Under the pieces are notes generated by a model. That model saw only the letters and a program-made list of their open reading frames with translations. It searched no databases and had not been told where the DNA came from. A DNA stretch of 63,591 nt, filler included, from Octopus bimaculoides (Eukaryota): assembly GCF_001194135.2 (NCBI RefSeq). It is 8 parts of 7 records of this genome, joined end to end, with 100 filler letters (N's around TTAATTAATTAA, not from the genome) between each part and the next. Parts side by side here need not be neighbours in the genome. Positions count along the whole stretch, not along the records: positions 53,155 to 63,591 come from NC_068991.1; 7 more parts are not named here. One strand, given 5' to 3'. A program made the translations under genes and the position numbers. Shown piece by piece: positions 61,872 through 63,591 of this stretch (position 1 is the stretch's first letter; every line of letters starts with the position of its first letter).

Positions 61872-63084
61872 TAGTAAAATATTTAGTTGTTTCAGGATAT
61901 ATCTTTTCAATCTTTTGGTGGCGTTGTTACCTGTATTTTTGTAGTCTCTCTACTCGAGAACGAATTTCTCCTCATCCACTTAAAATTGACCGAATCGTAA
62001 CATAAACTTTGTCCTCATAACATTCTGAAGCTAGTCGCTATGTTTAAATATCATTTATTCAAACTAGTTGTTGAATGTGATATTCAAAATGATATTATGA
62101 GGCAGACGTGCTGTTATGATATTACTGAATTTTCCACAACAAAATAAAAAGCACTAGAAGAAAAATTATTTGAGCTGGGAATTGAAAATGAGATGAAGAC
62201 CTAGCACACAAATACCTTAATTCAACATTACTCGACATCATTTATTAGCTTTTTAAGTCTGTTGTAACGCCGATCCAGTTCAACGAGTGAGCAAAACAGC
62301 AACCATCCTTCATACTCCCTCTTTTCACCTGTGATTTACAACCGTAATCAATACTCTTGAAGCAGATATATCTTAGCTTAGAGTACTGACCCCCTAGATC
62401 TTACAACAAAATTTCATTTTATATGTTATTCATGGAAGTAGGATCATAACCTTTCGATTATGATAAATGCTTTCTGTATTTCTGTGGATCGTAAGAGTAA
62501 TCATATACCGGTGACGCTGATGTAACGGTTGAGCATTTGAAGATCATTGTTAGCAGGAAGAACGTGTGCGGCGTCGAGATAACGGGACGTTTCTGTGTGT
62601 TCTGAGGATTTACAATGTTGTGAAACCTGTTAAAGATATGCAAGGTACCGGTGATAATATTAGAGCAAAAAATAACGGTAGTTTCTTTTTAAGTTTACCG
62701 AATAAAATACACCTACACGTCAATACGCATAAACACATGAGCAACCATCATATCCAAACGAGATTAATTAATATTTTACTTGACTACAAGAGATTTTAGG
62801 AAAGATATCAATCAATGTAGCAATAATGGAGCATCATCCTATCACAACTACAATAGAACATCCTAGTAGTCTATAAAGATGTTGTTCCTCGACAGTTATT
62901 TACATTGATTTCTTGTAAGTGAAGAAAGACATGGGAAACCGAACGATGACGTAAACGGAAAAGGGAAGAGAAAAAATGGAGAACAAGAGAAAGTAAAAAA
63001 AAAAAAATTCTATTTTACTTCCGGTATTGTTAATGTACTTTTTGTATTATTCTACATATTCAGTGGAAAACTGACAGGTCGATA

Positions 63085-63139
63085 CTTATCTATGTATGTA
63101 TATGTGCATGTAGATATGTTGTGTGCATGTACATATATA

Positions 63140-63221
<82 letters not shown>

Positions 63222-63493
63222 AGTACATATGGGTGTAAGTAGATGTGGAACGATGGAGAAATTGATACGTCTAGGCAATTGTGTGTGCATGTACGCATCT
63301 CGTGTGCTTGTATGCATTTATATAAGTATGTATACATAATTACGTGCACACACACATACATATACACACGCACACAAATAGGCAATATATACTATATATT
63401 ATTTATGTATCCCCACAGAACCAGACAATCCACCCACACTGTCACATACACTGTTTTAATATGTGTGTGAGCGCAGGTAGCTAGGCATGTGTG

Positions 63494-63542
<49 letters not shown>

Positions 63543-63544
63543 TA

Positions 63545-63591
<47 letters not shown>
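63085..63591. repeat. (TACA)n/(TA)n/(TG)n microsatellites
   Basis: Directly visible. Confidence 0.95.

Overview
Repeat-dense, AT-rich eukaryotic DNA with many microsatellites, N gaps and seven artificial N44-TTAATTAATTAA-N44 linkers. The SINE families and the repeat landscape suggest an octopus/coleoid cephalopod assembly; this is an inference. Most recognisable sequence is decayed mobile DNA: Tc1/mariner elements (DD36E, DD34D, DD37D and MITEs), Helitrons and a Helentron-type element, RTE and CR1/L2-like LINEs, a Gypsy integrase with its LTR, at least five Penelope-like fragments, three tRNA-derived SINE families, and hAT and Tigger-like MITEs. The only clearly recognisable host coding sequence is one intact 213-nt exon of DNA polymerase epsilon (POLE, minus strand, 21450-21662). 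I found no neighbouring POLE exon, and three further exon candidates are weak. The most interesting signals are: (i) several type I minimal hammerhead ribozyme motifs, two with intact cores, one of them inside a ~440-bp foldback element, plus a divergent degenerate pair; (ii) an apparently complete 1.6-kb non-autonomous Helitron carrying a ~680-bp foldback; (iii) the isolated POLE exon; (iv) a DD36E (Incomer-type) Tc1 element; and (v) a microhomology-bounded two-template insertion. All analysis was done by eye, so coordinates of decayed elements are approximate.
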